Positions 1 to 13,500 of a stretch of DNA of 64,000 nucleotides are shown here, one piece after another; position 1 is the first letter of the stretch; the number at the start of each line of letters is the position of its first letter. A model generated the notes under the pieces. It saw nothing but the letters and a program-made list of their open reading frames with translations, was not told where the DNA came from and did no database searches. Source of the stretch: Takakia lepidozioides (Eukaryota; Plantae; Bryophyta); assembly GCA_030704615.1 (NCBI GenBank), contig CM060731.1:79670001-79734000 (forward strand), written 5' to 3'. Made by a program: the position numbers and the translations under genes.

Positions 1-3000
1 CGACCGGCAGTCATGGTCCATGGTTTGCAAACACTTCCTTTTCTTGGAAGCAAGTTGCAGGAAAGATGTACAACTTCTGAGATCCAAAGTTTTGTCGAGA
101 ATTTTGCAGAGGTATAACAACCTCGAGCACCTGGATCTCTCTATGTGCATTCGTGTGGACGATGAGAGTTTGCAGACAGTCGCTAGGTTAGCAGGGAAGC
201 GACTTCTTTCGATCAAGCTGTCCAATTCGCGGGGATTTACCAACTACGGACTGGCAGCAATTGCAAGTGATTGCGTTTCTCTCAGGGACGTCGATCTTAG
301 TACTTGCTCACAAGTTGGGGACTCCGGTATTTCCGCCCTTGGTCAGCTCAAACACCTACAGAGCCTGAGCCTCCTTCGGTGCCGGAGAATTTCTGACATT
401 GGTCTCGGTTGCTTGGCTGCCGGTTGCAAAGCGCTTCGGATTCTGAATTTGAGATGGTGTTTGGGAGTCACAGATACAGGCATCGGTTATGTTGCAGGCA
501 GCTGCACTCAGCTGCACTCTCTTGATCTCTCTTACACTGATGTATGAAATGCTTCCTTCCCCCTTACAAACTGAGTCCAGTACCCCTGGTTGGTGCATTG
601 TCTGTAGGAGAGCTTTTGACACTGCATAAGGTGGAGCTACCGTCTGTTAATTACCATTCACCTATCTGTGTATGTAGAGAGGCATTGTGATGGAGTCAGA
701 GGGGAATCTTTGGAAAGTAAACTAGCTTGAACCTCATTCTTGTTCATAACGCCTAGAGAAGGAGGGTAGGGGTAGGAGTGGAAGGTGGTAGCTTCCTTAG
801 CAGCGTTTGGTGACAAGGTCTTTCTGTTGTGGTGGTGCAGGTCACAGTCAAAGGCCTGTCATTTATTGTGCCTCTGAAGTACCTTGAGAATCTGATTCTC
901 GTGTCCTGCAACAGCGTGAATGATGCTGGCTTGGAGTGTCTTAAGAATGGTTGCAGGTCCTTGCAGGTATAATGAAGTTGATTTCAGTGGTCTTTACCAG
1001 GGATGGATAAATATGTAGCTAGTTACCTATTTGCTATGGCAAGGAGTTTACTTGGAAAATCAGCTATCAGAACTGGATGTGGATTTCCAATGAACAGAAG
1101 GATTCAGTTTCTTCAAACTTTCAGGGGATTGGGCAGTAGATGATTCCAAATGGGGCTTTGTCCGGCTGGGGTGAAGTGCTATCAATGGCACTGTAACTGG
1201 GTGGCTCATAGCAACACCAGTTCACGAAGATGGAAGTGGTTGATCCTAAGTAGCCATGTGGATGTTGTTATGTCAGTTTGTCTTCTACCTGAACAAAACA
1301 CATGATTGTTACCTTACTTGTACTGTGTGCCTGCAGGGAGTTGAAGAAGATGAGCTGCTTCGTTCGATTATGGAGTAAATGACACTAGATACTGAGAGAT
1401 AGAGCGTTTTCTATCCATAGATGTAGAGATTGGTTTGTAAGTGAGACACACGTGTAGATACTCTTGAAAAAGGATGGCCTTCATACAGCTTTTCTCACTT
1501 TTTACCCTTGTCTCCAAGTCAAACAACGGATTGGGAACAAGAGCTAAAAATTTACTGGTGGCATTTGCAGAAGCTTGATGTCACAGGATGCCTGAATGTC
1601 AGCAGTCTGGGTGTCATGGCCCTGGCCAATAGCTCTGTGCCACTTCAACAGCTGTCACTCTCGTACTGTTTACCGGTAGGTCTTCATGCATGTTCTCTCA
1701 TTTGTAGTGGAGAGACTCTTGTCAGTTCATGGCTTGGGATCAGCCAATTGTCTGTGACCTTTTTCTTGTCTCCCATGGGTTGGGTTGTGCCTTCCATTGG
1801 GCTTTTTTCTTTCCAATATTAAGACGAACAGCTACATAAATGCTTTTGATCAGACCTTGGTGGATCCATTTTTATTGGGTACAAGAATGTGGACATTTTG
1901 CCTAAGAGTCTTTCCTGAGGCTATGTGCATGCAAATGGTATGAGTCTCTCTAGTGAACCATCATCACATCCATCCACAGATAATGTGGCATCTCACACGC
2001 TTGTGGATGACAGATAACTTATGAGCTGCTTGCAAGTCTTCGGAAGTTTGAGGAGCTGCAAGGGATGAAATTGGATGGGTGTGACATTGCTGGGGCCGGG
2101 CTGGAGTTAATAGGCAAAGGATGTAAGGCCCTCAAGGAGCTCAGCTTGAGCAAATGTCGTGGTGTGACTGATGCTGGAATGAGGGGCCTTGTGGCTGGCT
2201 GCACGGGCATGCACAAGTTGGATCTTACCTGTTGTGGTGAACTCACTGATGTGACATTAGTGTCCATTGCAGCATACTGCAAGGGGCTTCTGAGCCTTAA
2301 GATGGAATCTTGTGGCCATGTCACCGATGCTGGCCTTGCTTTGATAGGCAATGAGTGCCCTTTCTTGGAAGAGCTCAATCTGACAGACTGCAATGTCACT
2401 GATAGTGGTATATTCATCCTCCTCCCTCTATTATTTGGTGTAGCTTTGGTGCTTGAGTATGGAGCGATGTGGTGCTGTGGTCATCAGTGCCTGGGGCTTG
2501 AGGTCATGGAAGTGGTACATTTGAATTTAGTCAGCCTTTTTTCTAGACTTGAGCTGGTTGTCGTACTATGTTAGTCCCCTGCAGGGAGTGTCGTGGGCTT
2601 TTGACATTTGAACGCAAGGTGCAGAGGCACCATTGGATCAATATGCATTTTGTTATGAGTTTTATTTTGGGGATATGGCAGGTTTGAAGTCGATTGCAAG
2701 ATGCACAGCACTAAGGTTTTTGAAGTTGGGCTTCTGCTTAAACATCACAGACAGCGGACTTGTATTCATTGGTGCGGGTTGCACTAACTTACGAGACCTC
2801 GATCTCTACAGGTATGTGCCTGAGAAGATACACCTTCCCACAGATTGCAGTTAGTTTACATCCACTTCCTCACAGGTCATACCGTGAAGTTTGTAATGTT
2901 GAAGTCAGAACGTTGTGCTAAGACAATGTCAATAGCTGCACTCCGACTGTTCGAAAGCCTCATTATTTATCTGAGCAAGGATATGTTGTGGATTCCTGAC

Positions 3001-3828
3001 ATGCAGTTCTTGGTTGGATGTTGTCAGGTCTGTGGGCATTGGGGATGCTGGAGTGGCAGCGATTACCAGTGGATGCCGACGGCTAAGGGTTTTGAACCTC
3101 TCCTATTGTGCACGCATCACGGATATGAGCATGCAGTCACTAGTGCAACTGAGGGATCTGCAGCAACTTGAGATGCGTTCATGTATCCTCGTATCCTCTC
3201 TGGGGCTGTCATTTGTAGGAGCTGCCTGCAAGAACATGGTGGAGCTGGACATCAAGCGGTGCATTAACATTGGGGACCCTGGCATTATAGCGGTTGCTCA
3301 AGGATGCCCCAATCTTAGAGAGGTGAAAATGACCCTTTCACTTTGTTATGTACATTTAGATCAGTAACAAGTGTGGACAGCTGCTACAGTATTGTTACAA
3401 AAATGCAGAGTGATGCCTGTTGCTACATATGCAAGTTTTGGTGTGCATCTAACGTGTTGATGGCATTTAACAGTTGGTGGTCCTCAGTTCATGCTTGTGT
3501 CCTATGTCTATGTGGTGTGTCAATTGGAGTGGTGGTTGTGGACCAGGGGATGCTAAAATGATTGACGTGTGTGCAGATCAACATCTCCTACTGCTCCGTG
3601 ACAAATGAGGGGTTTATGGCAATTGCGAGGCAGAATTGCATTCAGAATTTGAAGCTGATGCACCTCAAGCATGTCACTGATGACTGCTATGCACCTGCTC
3701 TCCTGGGTTGTGGCAGCCTTAAGAAATTGAAACTGCTTACTCGGCTACAGATGGTGATACCTGGAGATGTGATCAGCCAGTTACAATCTCGGGGTTGCAG
3801 GATTCGATGGATGGAAAAACCACCTTAG
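1..3828 (+). CDS. FBL3: F-box/LRR-repeat protein, FBL3/RAE1-like (5' end lies upstream of the window)
   Basis: GT-AG exons read manually and in frame: <1-541, 841-966, 1571-1675, 2014-2407, 2682-2811, 3028-3322, 3577-3828 (TAG). The end of an F-box (DRQSWSMVCKHFLFLEAS...LSRILQRY) is followed by many cysteine-containing LRRs (LSLSKCRGVTD, LDLTCCGELTD, LKLGFCLNITD). Family assignment is from recalled similarity to Arabidopsis At5g01720, not from a search. Confidence 0.88.
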
Positions 3829-4494
3829 CATAGTACCTGAATTTCTTCCACGGTGTCTTCTGTTGTGGTTGGAGCTTGGTACTTCCAAGTATCCAGTCTC
3901 CTGTCCATTCCTTTATGCTTCATACCCCAGGACGGCCCAGAAACAGGACCAGCACACAGACGCACTCAGACATCTGTGGCTGATCAGGTTCATATTAATA
4001 TGCTGGTACAAGTGGACATCTATCATTCAATAAATTTGAAACAATCTTTGAAATAAAGTGAGTGGAACATACTCCCCACCAACTCACCACAGCAGCCTTA
4101 CAGTCACAACGATTGATACTTACTGTTGACAGTAACATTTAGTATCCTCCTCCCCCGCCCCTCTAATGCCTTCTGCCAGTGTGGGTGATCTGCAAACTGG
4201 GTGTGTGTTGTCGTGCTGTTTGCAGTGGATAAAAGGCATTTCCAATGTACATATTGAGATTTCTTTTAATTGTTGGATGGTCGAGCGTCAAACTTTATTG
4301 ATAAAGTATAGAAAGTTTGAAAAGTGGGTAACACAAGAGTTGCAGAAATGAGAACCGAGAGTCAACCTACAGGAAGCCACCGGTCACTAAAATGCATGGT
4401 GAGTGCCATTAAATCAAGTGGAATAAAGGGGACCGATAGTAACACTTGCCTCTATGAACTTCTTTGCACCCTCAGCTGCCTTGTCTTTCCCTCT

Positions 4495-5398
4495 TGTAGC
4501 CACTTTGACCTACCTGCCGTACCTGGCCCGACCCCCAACATAGCAAACAACTACTCACGTTGGCTCTGGCTCTCAAACCACTAGTGAGACACGCTACTAG
4601 TGCCTATGCCAGCATGTTGAAGACACAAGTTACAAGCAACTAGTCAGTTGCTTCTCACCGGACCGACATATTAGTAGAAGTTGCTTCTCACCGGACCAAC
4701 ATATTAGTAGAAGTATCTAGAATCTGGAACTATGTAGAAAGTCAACTAGAACTAGAACTATCTAGAAAGCCCATGCTAGAAAGTCAATCCTTAATTTTTG
4801 GACCCTTCATTTCATTAAATAATACAAGTGGCCTTAATACATTGGCCCCTCTTTTAACTCCTGGACCACACTAATTCCTGGACCACTCTAGAATTAACCG
4901 GGCCGAATGAAACTGCTCTATATATAAGGCTTTGAAAATTGATGTTAGTGGAAGGGTTCCCGGGTAAGTGATTTGACAACAAGTGTCTAGGGCACATCGA
5001 GTGCCTTGCCACTTGTCTACACTGTTAAACTTCTTCCTTTGTTAAACTTCTTCCTTTGTTATGTGATGTACCTTCTGACTCATCAGAACCTACTGACTCG
5101 GAACCTACACACACTCCGTTGAACAGTAGGGGCTCCTCCAATTTAACTTGCTGTACGACCGGGGAAGACACACTCCGTTGAAGGTCCTCCACTGCGGTTA
5201 TTCTCGTACGGTATGGCCTGCATTATTATAGGGGAAGGGCAGCGGATGAGACCCTTCCCCATTCATCAAACGAGGAGGGCAGTAGCCCGAGGTCATGCTT
5301 TTGAAAACGGCAGAAGGGCCGAGCCAGCTGCCCTTCACCGGCGGTAAAAGCCAACCTGCACCCTTCATTCGCCCCCAAGAATAGGTAACCATCTTACA
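4495..5398. mobile_element. Possible decayed solo-LTR-like fragment
   Basis: TGTA...TTACA candidate ends, internal short tandem duplications (AGTTGCTTCTCACCGGACC..ATATTAGTAGAAG x2 at ~4646-4713; TGTTAAACTTCTTCCTT x2 at ~5023-5057) and a TATA-like TATATATAAG at ~4919. No TSD found. Confidence 0.25.
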
Positions 5399-6776
5399 AA
5401 TTTCATAAGGCCCTAGGTGTCTTACGCCTGATGTGAGGGGCGTCCTTCTGTCAAGATGAAAACTTCCCGTCTGAAAAGGTAACAAGAAGGTAAATAAATT
5501 AACATAAGAAATTTCTAGGTGGATTTTTACATACTAGAGAAGGTGCCTCCCAGGGCGCAGATGCTCGCCTTCACCTTGGAGGCTGGAGCGACCATGTTCA
5601 GCTTCTTAACCCCTAATGGATGACGCGACCCGAATTGGGTCGCGTAAAAAATCATCCATGATGTAGAATCATTGGATGAACTTGGATGAATACCATTTCT
5701 GAATGAAAGTTGTAGTATGTGAAGTTACGCTCATTTTCATATTTATGGCCCTAAAAGGATAAAAGTAGTGCCATCCAGATGAAATGAAGAAGGATACCCA
5801 TAATCTTGTGGTTTAGGGCCCTCCACCACCATTGACCTAGCCACGTGGTGCCAAAATGACTACGATAGTGTGCATGCAGGGTGTGCACATCCACCAGTGC
5901 AGAATAGGCAGGCCACCTTATATATAGTGAAGGGTTGCAGCAGGACGAGCTATCTTGCCGCGCATTGAATCAAGCATCTTTCGAGCCTGCTTAACTACTT
6001 TCCTTGTTGGTTTTTTGTTTATGTTTTGCTTGCTCTTGCCCATGATTGCTTATATGGACTTTGCAGGGGGGGTCTCTTTTGTGAGCTCATTTTTGGGTCA
6101 ACGTGACTTACACAGTTGCCTATTTTGTAGGTTGTGCGCGGCGCAAGCTGTCCGTTGTGCTCCATTGGTTTAGGCATTACAGCTCCTGGTTATGATGCAT
6201 TTACGATAATCTTAGGGCTAGAATGGAACCTATTTAGATTTGGCATGTGTCATACTAGGTTGTGATGTTAATGCGCACTATAATTTTGACCTTCCATTTA
6301 TGTATGTTTAAAGCATTTGGGCTTGCATTCATTGGGGTGACTTGTGTGGGGTGATAGGGAAACCATGGCACCAAAGTCTAAGTCGGCTACTGCAACTCAG
6401 CCACCACCACCTCCACTTGAGCATGCAGCTGCAGCTGAGGTTATAAAGGAATGGGCGTTTGGGAAGCAACTGCACTCTTTAGTAGTGCAAGGTAATCCTT
6501 GGTTGCCTCTGTCCCGAGTTCCTGTGTAGTTTGTCTTTTTTTCTATCGGTGGCTTCCCCACCCTCGCCCTCACAATTTTTTATTTTTGTATAGACGTCAA
6601 GTCACTCTATTCTTGGTTGGATAGAGAGAAAATAGGAAGGAGATAAAGAGGGTTTCAGTGACGCTGTCAAAGATAACATGTCTAGCCTGATGCCAACAGT
6701 CAAGCGTATCAAACAATTGGCTTATGCAAAGAGAACAGTTTGTGTAAGTGTGACATCACCTCCCAAACAGCGCAGT

Positions 6777-7706
6777 TACGGCGTGGGCCTAGCCATGTAA
6801 GCCTGTGAGCTAGGCCCACGCTTCACCCACAAAATGTGAGTGCAGGGTGGTAGTGCAAAGAAAGATGACCTATACCCAAGGTCAGGCGAAAGAAGACATA
6901 CGCGAGAAATCAGATATTTGTTTGACTGACAGAATGATTGTAGACAAGGAGACTCTTATTTTTTCCACTATCAGTGCACACACATATGAACAAAATACAA
7001 CACTGTAGAAGGTAGTGCTACCATGATCGTCAACGATCATGGTTCCCAACATCTGCACATACAATTGGCCTAAGGTTTTTCTTTTTTGGGCCTTAGCTGC
7101 TTGAGGCCAAATCCACGATCGTTCATGATGGAGGCAAATGGATGTATATAAGGCCCAAAAACCAAAAATAAACTTAAACGCATGAGGCCAAATCCACGAT
7201 CGAGGCAAATGGAAGTATATAAAGCGCCCCCCCCCCAAAAAAAAAAAAAAAAAACCTTATATACGTCTATTTGCCTCGATCGTGAACTGTCGTGGATTTG
7301 GCCTAAGTTTTTTTTTTTTTCTTTGGCCTTGCTGCATGAGGCTATCCACGATCGTTAACAATCGAGGCAAATGGACGTATATAAGGCAATCCAAAATAAT
7401 AATAATAAATAATAAAAACTGAAACCAACATGTTACAGTATTTGCAGGTGGGGGGAACTACAATCATTGACGATCTCCGCAACACTACCTTCTGGAGCGT
7501 CGTGTTTTGTTCATATTTCTGTGCACTGTTATTGGAAAAAATGAGGGTCTCTATGTTATAATATGCACATGTTTTCGCGGAAATGGGCGTCTGTCCGCGG
7601 TAATAGGTGTTAGTCTGTTGTTATGGGCCTGAGAAATCGCGTGCCGAAACGTGAGCTTGCCCAGGCTCACAAGCCCACAGGCTCACGGGGCCAGGCTCAC
7701 GTTCTA
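6777..7706. mobile_element. Foldback/MITE-like non-autonomous element with long imperfect inverted arms
   Basis: 6782-6811 matches the reverse complement of 7672-7701 at ~24/30. 6950-7037 matches the reverse complement of 7463-7551 over ~88 bp. The central subrepeats AGGCCAAATCCACGATCG..GAGGCAAATGGA..TATATAAG occur in both orientations (7104, 7184, 7256 rc, 7345). Confidence 0.7.
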
Positions 7707-7879
7707 GCATTCGACCCTCCCAAGGGTGTGGTGATGAGAAGAAGTAGTGATGGATAGAATGTCCCAATTGGGAGATAGTGTGGTGATTATGCCTTGAGTA
7801 ATGGCGGGTTTGTGAGTCATGGGACGATGATTCCCATCGCTGAATTAGGTCGGTCTGCTTTGGGAGAATTACAACCTTA

Positions 7880-8920
7880 TCCCTGTGCGTCTCCTATGTC
7901 GAGGCCCATCTAAGCCCATGTGCAATCTTCCATGTATCCAAGTGCATCTCCCATGTAGAGGCCCAAATATCTATTGTCATCTAGCCAAGTGCGATATCCT
8001 ATATATCCAAGTACATCTCCTATGTAACCAAGGGCGTCTCCCATGTGCGTCTCCTATGTCGAGGCCCATCTAAGCCCAGTGTGCAATCTCCTGTGTATCC
8101 AAGTACGTCTCCCATGTCAAGGCCCCATTTATTTTTTTTCATGAATTTATTGAGTAATAATATCCAGTCATTATTGATATGTCTCCCGTCTCTAGGGTAG
8201 CATGTGTGCAGTTGGCCCAAGTGTCAAGTGTCATCTAAGTCCAATGCAATCCCTTGTGTATCCAAGTTCGTCTCCTATGTGGAGGCCCAAATGCGACCTA
8301 TAGGGTAGCATGTGCCGTTGTCCCAAGTGTCCATTGTCATCTAAGCCCACGTGTAAGATCTTCTATGCATCCCACTGCATCTCCTATGTCGAGGCCCAAG
8401 CGCGACCTCTAGGGTAGCCTGTACCGTTGGCCCAAGTGTCCAGTGTCGTCTAAGCCCAAGTGTAAGATCTTCTATGTATCCTAGTGCGTCTCCTATGTCC
8501 AGGCCCAAGTGCGACCTCTAGTGTAGCCTATGTCGTTGGCCCATATGTGAAGAATTGAAATCTAAGACCAAGTGTAATTCCCTATTCAAGTGCGTCTCCT
8601 ATGTCGAGTCCCATCTAAGCGCAAGTGCAATCTTCTATTTATGTATCCAAGTGCATCTCCCATGTAGAGCCCCAATTGTCCACTCTCATCTGCCCAAGTC
8701 CAATCTCCTATGTATCTAGTGCAATTTCATATGCATCCAAGTGCGTCTCCTATGTCGAGGCCCAAGTGCAACCTCTAGGCCCTAGGGTAGCCTGTGCCGT
8801 TGGCCCAAGTGTCCAATGTCATCTAAGTCATCTAAGTCTAATCATTTTTTTTCCACAGAGCCTACGACCAGATTTGAACCGGAGACCTTTTCCTGTCATG
8901 TTGGGCCTCCAACCATTGTG
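7880..8920 (-). repeat. Helitron-derived tandem array (reiterated 3' termini plus CCAAGTGCGTCTCCTATGTCGAGGCCCA subrepeats)
   Basis: ~109-bp periodic units, each carrying CTAGGGTAGCCTGTGCCGTTGGCCCAAG (at ~8192, 8301, 8409, 8518, 8782). This motif is the reverse complement of hairpin+CTAG. Confidence 0.75.
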
Positions 8921-10179
8921 CAGCGACCAAAAATACTTGAAATTTGTTTAACCATATCTCATCGTTTTTTTCCACAGAGCCTTTTCAGTTAACTATTTTC
9001 TGGCTTGTGTGGTCAAATTCTCAGTTTAGAAGTACTGGATTAAGCTTTATGAAGACGGTGCGTATTATCCCCCATTCCACCAGCGAGTATAACCCTCTAC
9101 CTCATGTGCATTCACAGCAAAATATGAGATAAAACCCTGATGCTAGAACTTCACTGCCAAACACTACAAAGAGAGAATGAGGCCCTTTTTGTCTAGTCTA
9201 ATTGTGCCAATGCCCTAAGTGCCAAGTTTGGCCAAGTCATACAGAAGCTAGACCGAGGTGAAGTAATTGTCACTGACAATGACATGCCCCAATCCTGTGG
9301 CAAGCTTCGTGACAACATCATAACCCTTTCTCTTACCACTTTAATGCCTCTAGCCCTCAGGGTGGCCTGGCCCTTTCATTCTAGCCATAGTAAGAAATCA
9401 TAAGTCTCAGAGTCAGCCAATGGCCACATCTTTATGTCCTACTTGCATGGTTTCTTAGGCATGTACATCATAATTGCACAATACTTCTTCTTATAACGTA
9501 TCATCACCTCATCAACCGTCAGCATTTTATTAAGATTCTAGAGACTCTTAGTACACCTACCAACAATTTCATTAAAAACCCATCCAAGCTTTCCAAGCTT
9601 ATCAAAATTGGCACTGCTACAATTTACCACCATAGTGACGTTGTCCACAAGATGCAAATAGCAGAGTATGGCCTCATATCTATATCATTACTTTGCGGAT
9701 GATAGGACAAGATAAAAGCACTTCTGATTTTCTCAGTAACATCGAGTTTATGGCAACTTCTTGATGCCCATAAACACACAGATATCAATCCAAGCCCGGA
9801 GCTCAAGTACCGTCAACTCCGTCCATTGAAGCCCCCCACAAGTGCCTCTACTCAATGCTTCAGAGGCATACTGGTTCGACTCCTTACATATTTGCTGCAG
9901 TACATTTTGCCTCCAAAACAGATGAAAGAACCAACTTGGAGTGGAGCTCTTCATGTTCAGGAGGCAGACAGCTAGACCAGGTTGATGCCCAGTGCAAGCA
10001 TCTCTATCACTAATAAAATCAGTGTCAAATTTGGTTTCCCAAGTCTTAGGCTTGAACATATCCGCGAAATCAAGGTTTGGTTTTTCATCACAGTCCACGT
10101 TAAATACGTCAGTTTTCCAATTTGCCTCATTAGCGGCAAGAACCAACAAATTTGACCAACGCACCTGTGTTTCAATTTT

Positions 10180-10295
10180 TCACACATGGGCCACCAGCAA
10201 AGGCTACCCTAGAGGTCGCACTTGGGCCTAGACATGGGAGACGTACTTGGATACATAGGAGATTGCACTTGGGCGAAGGGCACAGGCTACCCTAG
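10180..10295 (+). mobile_element. Helitron 3'-end fragment of the same family
   Basis: ...GGCACAGGCTACCCTAG|T, with CTAG at 10292-10295 followed by T. An upstream subrepeat matches the 8-kb array. Confidence 0.65.
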
Positions 10296-10556
10296 TATAT
10301 ATAGCATCATTCCTTCAAAACAAAAAATGTTTAAAGAAAACAATCATAAAGCACATTAGGGTTCTGGGGAATGGTGACATCTGGTTTTGTCTGCCTTTGG
10401 GCTAGGGCTCTGCCCACTGTATGCCTCATGGCTCAGAAAAGGGGTTAATTTTCCCCCTGATGGCCCTGTAGCTGCTCAGGCTTTCTTCCAAAAAAAAAAC
10501 AATCAGATTATCCTTGGTCACTGTGCGATCAGACAATAGCTGAATGTGAAAGTGTT

Positions 10557-13500
10557 CTAGCTTATGTCATCATTGGGAGAGGTTGTTGCGACATCCATCA
10601 CACTGGCCCACCAAAAGCTCACAGAGAAGCTTGGGCTGATTGATCGCACATAATGCCACCACTTGGGTGGAATATATAGCATCTGCCCTTCCTTCAATAT
10701 ACAGTCCATGAACTTCAAATTTCTGGCCCCTGGAAAGCTTTTATGATTTGGGTTGTCCAAATCCACCTGTAGCCCATACCACCAGTTGTAGAAGTGTGAT
10801 ATCAACTTTGCAGTAAATAATCTAAGAAAAGAAGAGACTTTACAATATCAGCCCTGTTGGCCCATGGCACAAAGTAGAATAACTAGAAAACACTTCGGCC
10901 CATAAGCAGAACCAATGATTGACCTGATCAGAAGGGCCAGTCATTACAAGAAAGCACACCTGACTCGAGTTGCAGAGCATGGCTTCAGTGTGTGGGTAAA
11001 GAGATTCAGAGACATCTGGCGAATAAAGCCTTATATATTTCTGCCCAACCACCTGCTCCACCAACCCCATTGTTTTACATACATAAACAGCAGGCGGGGG
11101 GAGAGAGAGAAGGCAACTTTGTACTGTCCATAGGGAGTTCCTAAGGCCCACGGGACAAGAATCACAGCAAAAGAGTAGAAACCGCCACTGGGCGACTTAA
11201 GTGCCTCATGAAGCTAATTGGCTACCACTTCTGGTTCTCAAAGCTGCAGGTGCTGCCAAAGACAGGGAGTCTCTAAATAGACAGAGAATACTGTCTTCAC
11301 TGCTTGGGTCTTACAAACTGGACAGGTTCTAGCCTCAGGATGTGCTATTTGAGCGCCCTGTCACCATCCATGGCGTGTGAACATTTACAACAAGCTGACG
11401 TCTTCACATCTCAACTGTGGAATCTTTGTTGCAAGCTGAATAAGGTGTGGGAGCAAGCCATGGCAGCGGAAACCAGGACACAGGCTTGCACCTCTGACTT
11501 GGCAAGATGGAGGCACTGGAGCATACTGTTGAGAGGACACAGTTGCCAAAACCCAGCTCAGACATTGCCGGAGCGGCGACCTAAAGTACTTCTTTAGCAT
11601 TCAGAGTAACGAGCTACAACAAAAGAGGGGAGGAAAAAGAAAACTTGGGCAATGTTTCAGTCAAGGATGGCATCTGATGGGACCAGACAAAGAGGATGAT
11701 GAGAGCGCAACCTTCTGTCAAAAGGTGAAACAAGAGAAGCTCATTTAAAGTTTTGCAGGAGCTGTTACAAGAGATTGATCTCTCCCTGAAAGAGACAGAT
11801 GGAGAAGAAAGAAGTTCACTACATCCACAAACCCTCAAAATCCTTGAAAGTACAACAAGCAGAATTGAGCTTGACATAATTACTTGGGCTAAAAAGTTGT
11901 GGTGTGGGTCATAATGCAATGGTGTGATGGTTCCAGCAGGCCCAAGCCAGGCATTTATTGACTGCAAATCACCCCCTCCAATGGAACAGTAGTCGGGAAT
12001 TGCAATGTCACTGCGCAGCTGAGGAATCTGCCAGTCTACCCCCACCGCGTTGGTCACTCCTTGCATACTTAATGAAAGAAGTACAAACATTGTCCAATCT
12101 GCTAGTATATCTAAATTCACATATATCCTATAACTCATAGATACAATAACTCAGGTGCTTATTTATTGAAGCTTATACAAACCAGAGAAGTCTGAAAGAA
12201 AGAACAGGCTTCTACCTGCTCAAATAGAGGATGTTGTGCTAGATATGGCCTTGTGGTGGAAGAACTGTCACGTCCGCTGTGACATTGCTCCAAAAACTGA
12301 GATAGAGTCATCAGCTCCTGCTTCCATGCTGCAGCAAGATAGTGTTCCCCCACCTGCCCCACTCCTATCAATCTCACAGTGTCGCTGTCTCACAACATCT
12401 AGATAAATAGGTGGAAAGACAGACAGCAGGTTTGCTCGTGTGTGCATACCAAAGTTGATAAGTCCCTAGTCGCAAAAAGAAGAATACTTCAGATTGAAAA
12501 CTGAAGTCTATTAACTTCAATGAAGAGGTGGCTTCCACTTTCACCACAACAAACAGCCTTGAAACTCCCTCACAAAAATTTGGCAGTCAGGAGCCTAGAG
12601 TGGTAGAAGTGACAGCTCCATAGAGACAACAGGGAAGGCCAAAGACATACCTCAACAGGAACAGTACGGTTCCCAGCAATCTTGCGCAGATAATTGAAAT
12701 CACCCCACTTGGTCAGTGCAGGCCAGTGATGCATGGCCTCTGTGACAATCACCGGCATGCCTGGCAACAGAAACTCACAGAGAAAAGTCTCCAAAGAGGG
12801 TACACATCTCTCCTCTATTAACGCATCTGCCAGCGAACCCTGTGGTAAACACTTCAGCACCTGCAAGAAGCACCTCTCAAGTCATCATCAACATACATAC
12901 AAATCTCTGCTGGCACTTGGGCCAACAACTATCAAGCATCCTAACCAGAACCAGTTGGGAGGATAGTTTTGGCATAAGTTCTAGAGTCATCTGAGTAAAA
13001 AAGCTAGATCCAAATGTAATATCCTGCTGCAGAAAGGTAACCAAGAGTTTACTTGCGAATGTCCCCTTCCTTCCCACTTAGACCCTCCAACATTTGCTTC
13101 TATGTAACCTTAAACCCTAAACCCTAAACTAGGCCAACTGCACCATAATTCTGCAGAACACTTGCATACTGGAGTAAGAAATGCGAATTGCAGTCTAGTT
13201 GTAGAACAAACAACTTTCCAACCTTATGAAGAAGGGATAAGAGAGACAAACAATCAAAAACTACCTCTTGTGAATCAACAAGAAGCCTTTCCTCTACTCT
13301 GACAAACTGTCCATTCCCGTTGTCAGACACTGAACGTTCTGATGCCTCTGAGACTTTATTTTCTAAGTTCGGAAAAAAATCATCCCCCAACTGCACGTTT
13401 GGCTCCTTGCGATTCCGAACCTGTCCTCCATCTAACGATGCCCCTTCGACCGTGTGACATATTTCCTCACAGTCTTCCTCTCGATACCTCTTCTTTGACC

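Noticed and set aside
5607-5645. TTAACCCC plus palindrome ACGCGACCC-GAATT-GGGTCGCGT as a piggyBac-like end
   Set aside because: No matching opposite terminus was found nearby, and a 9-bp stem alone is insufficient.
7880-8920. Repeat array as a CRISPR or protein-coding repeat (ORFs 7885, 8020, 8625)
   Set aside because: Units are degenerate with no unique spacers and are explained by Helitron termini. The short ORFs are by-products.
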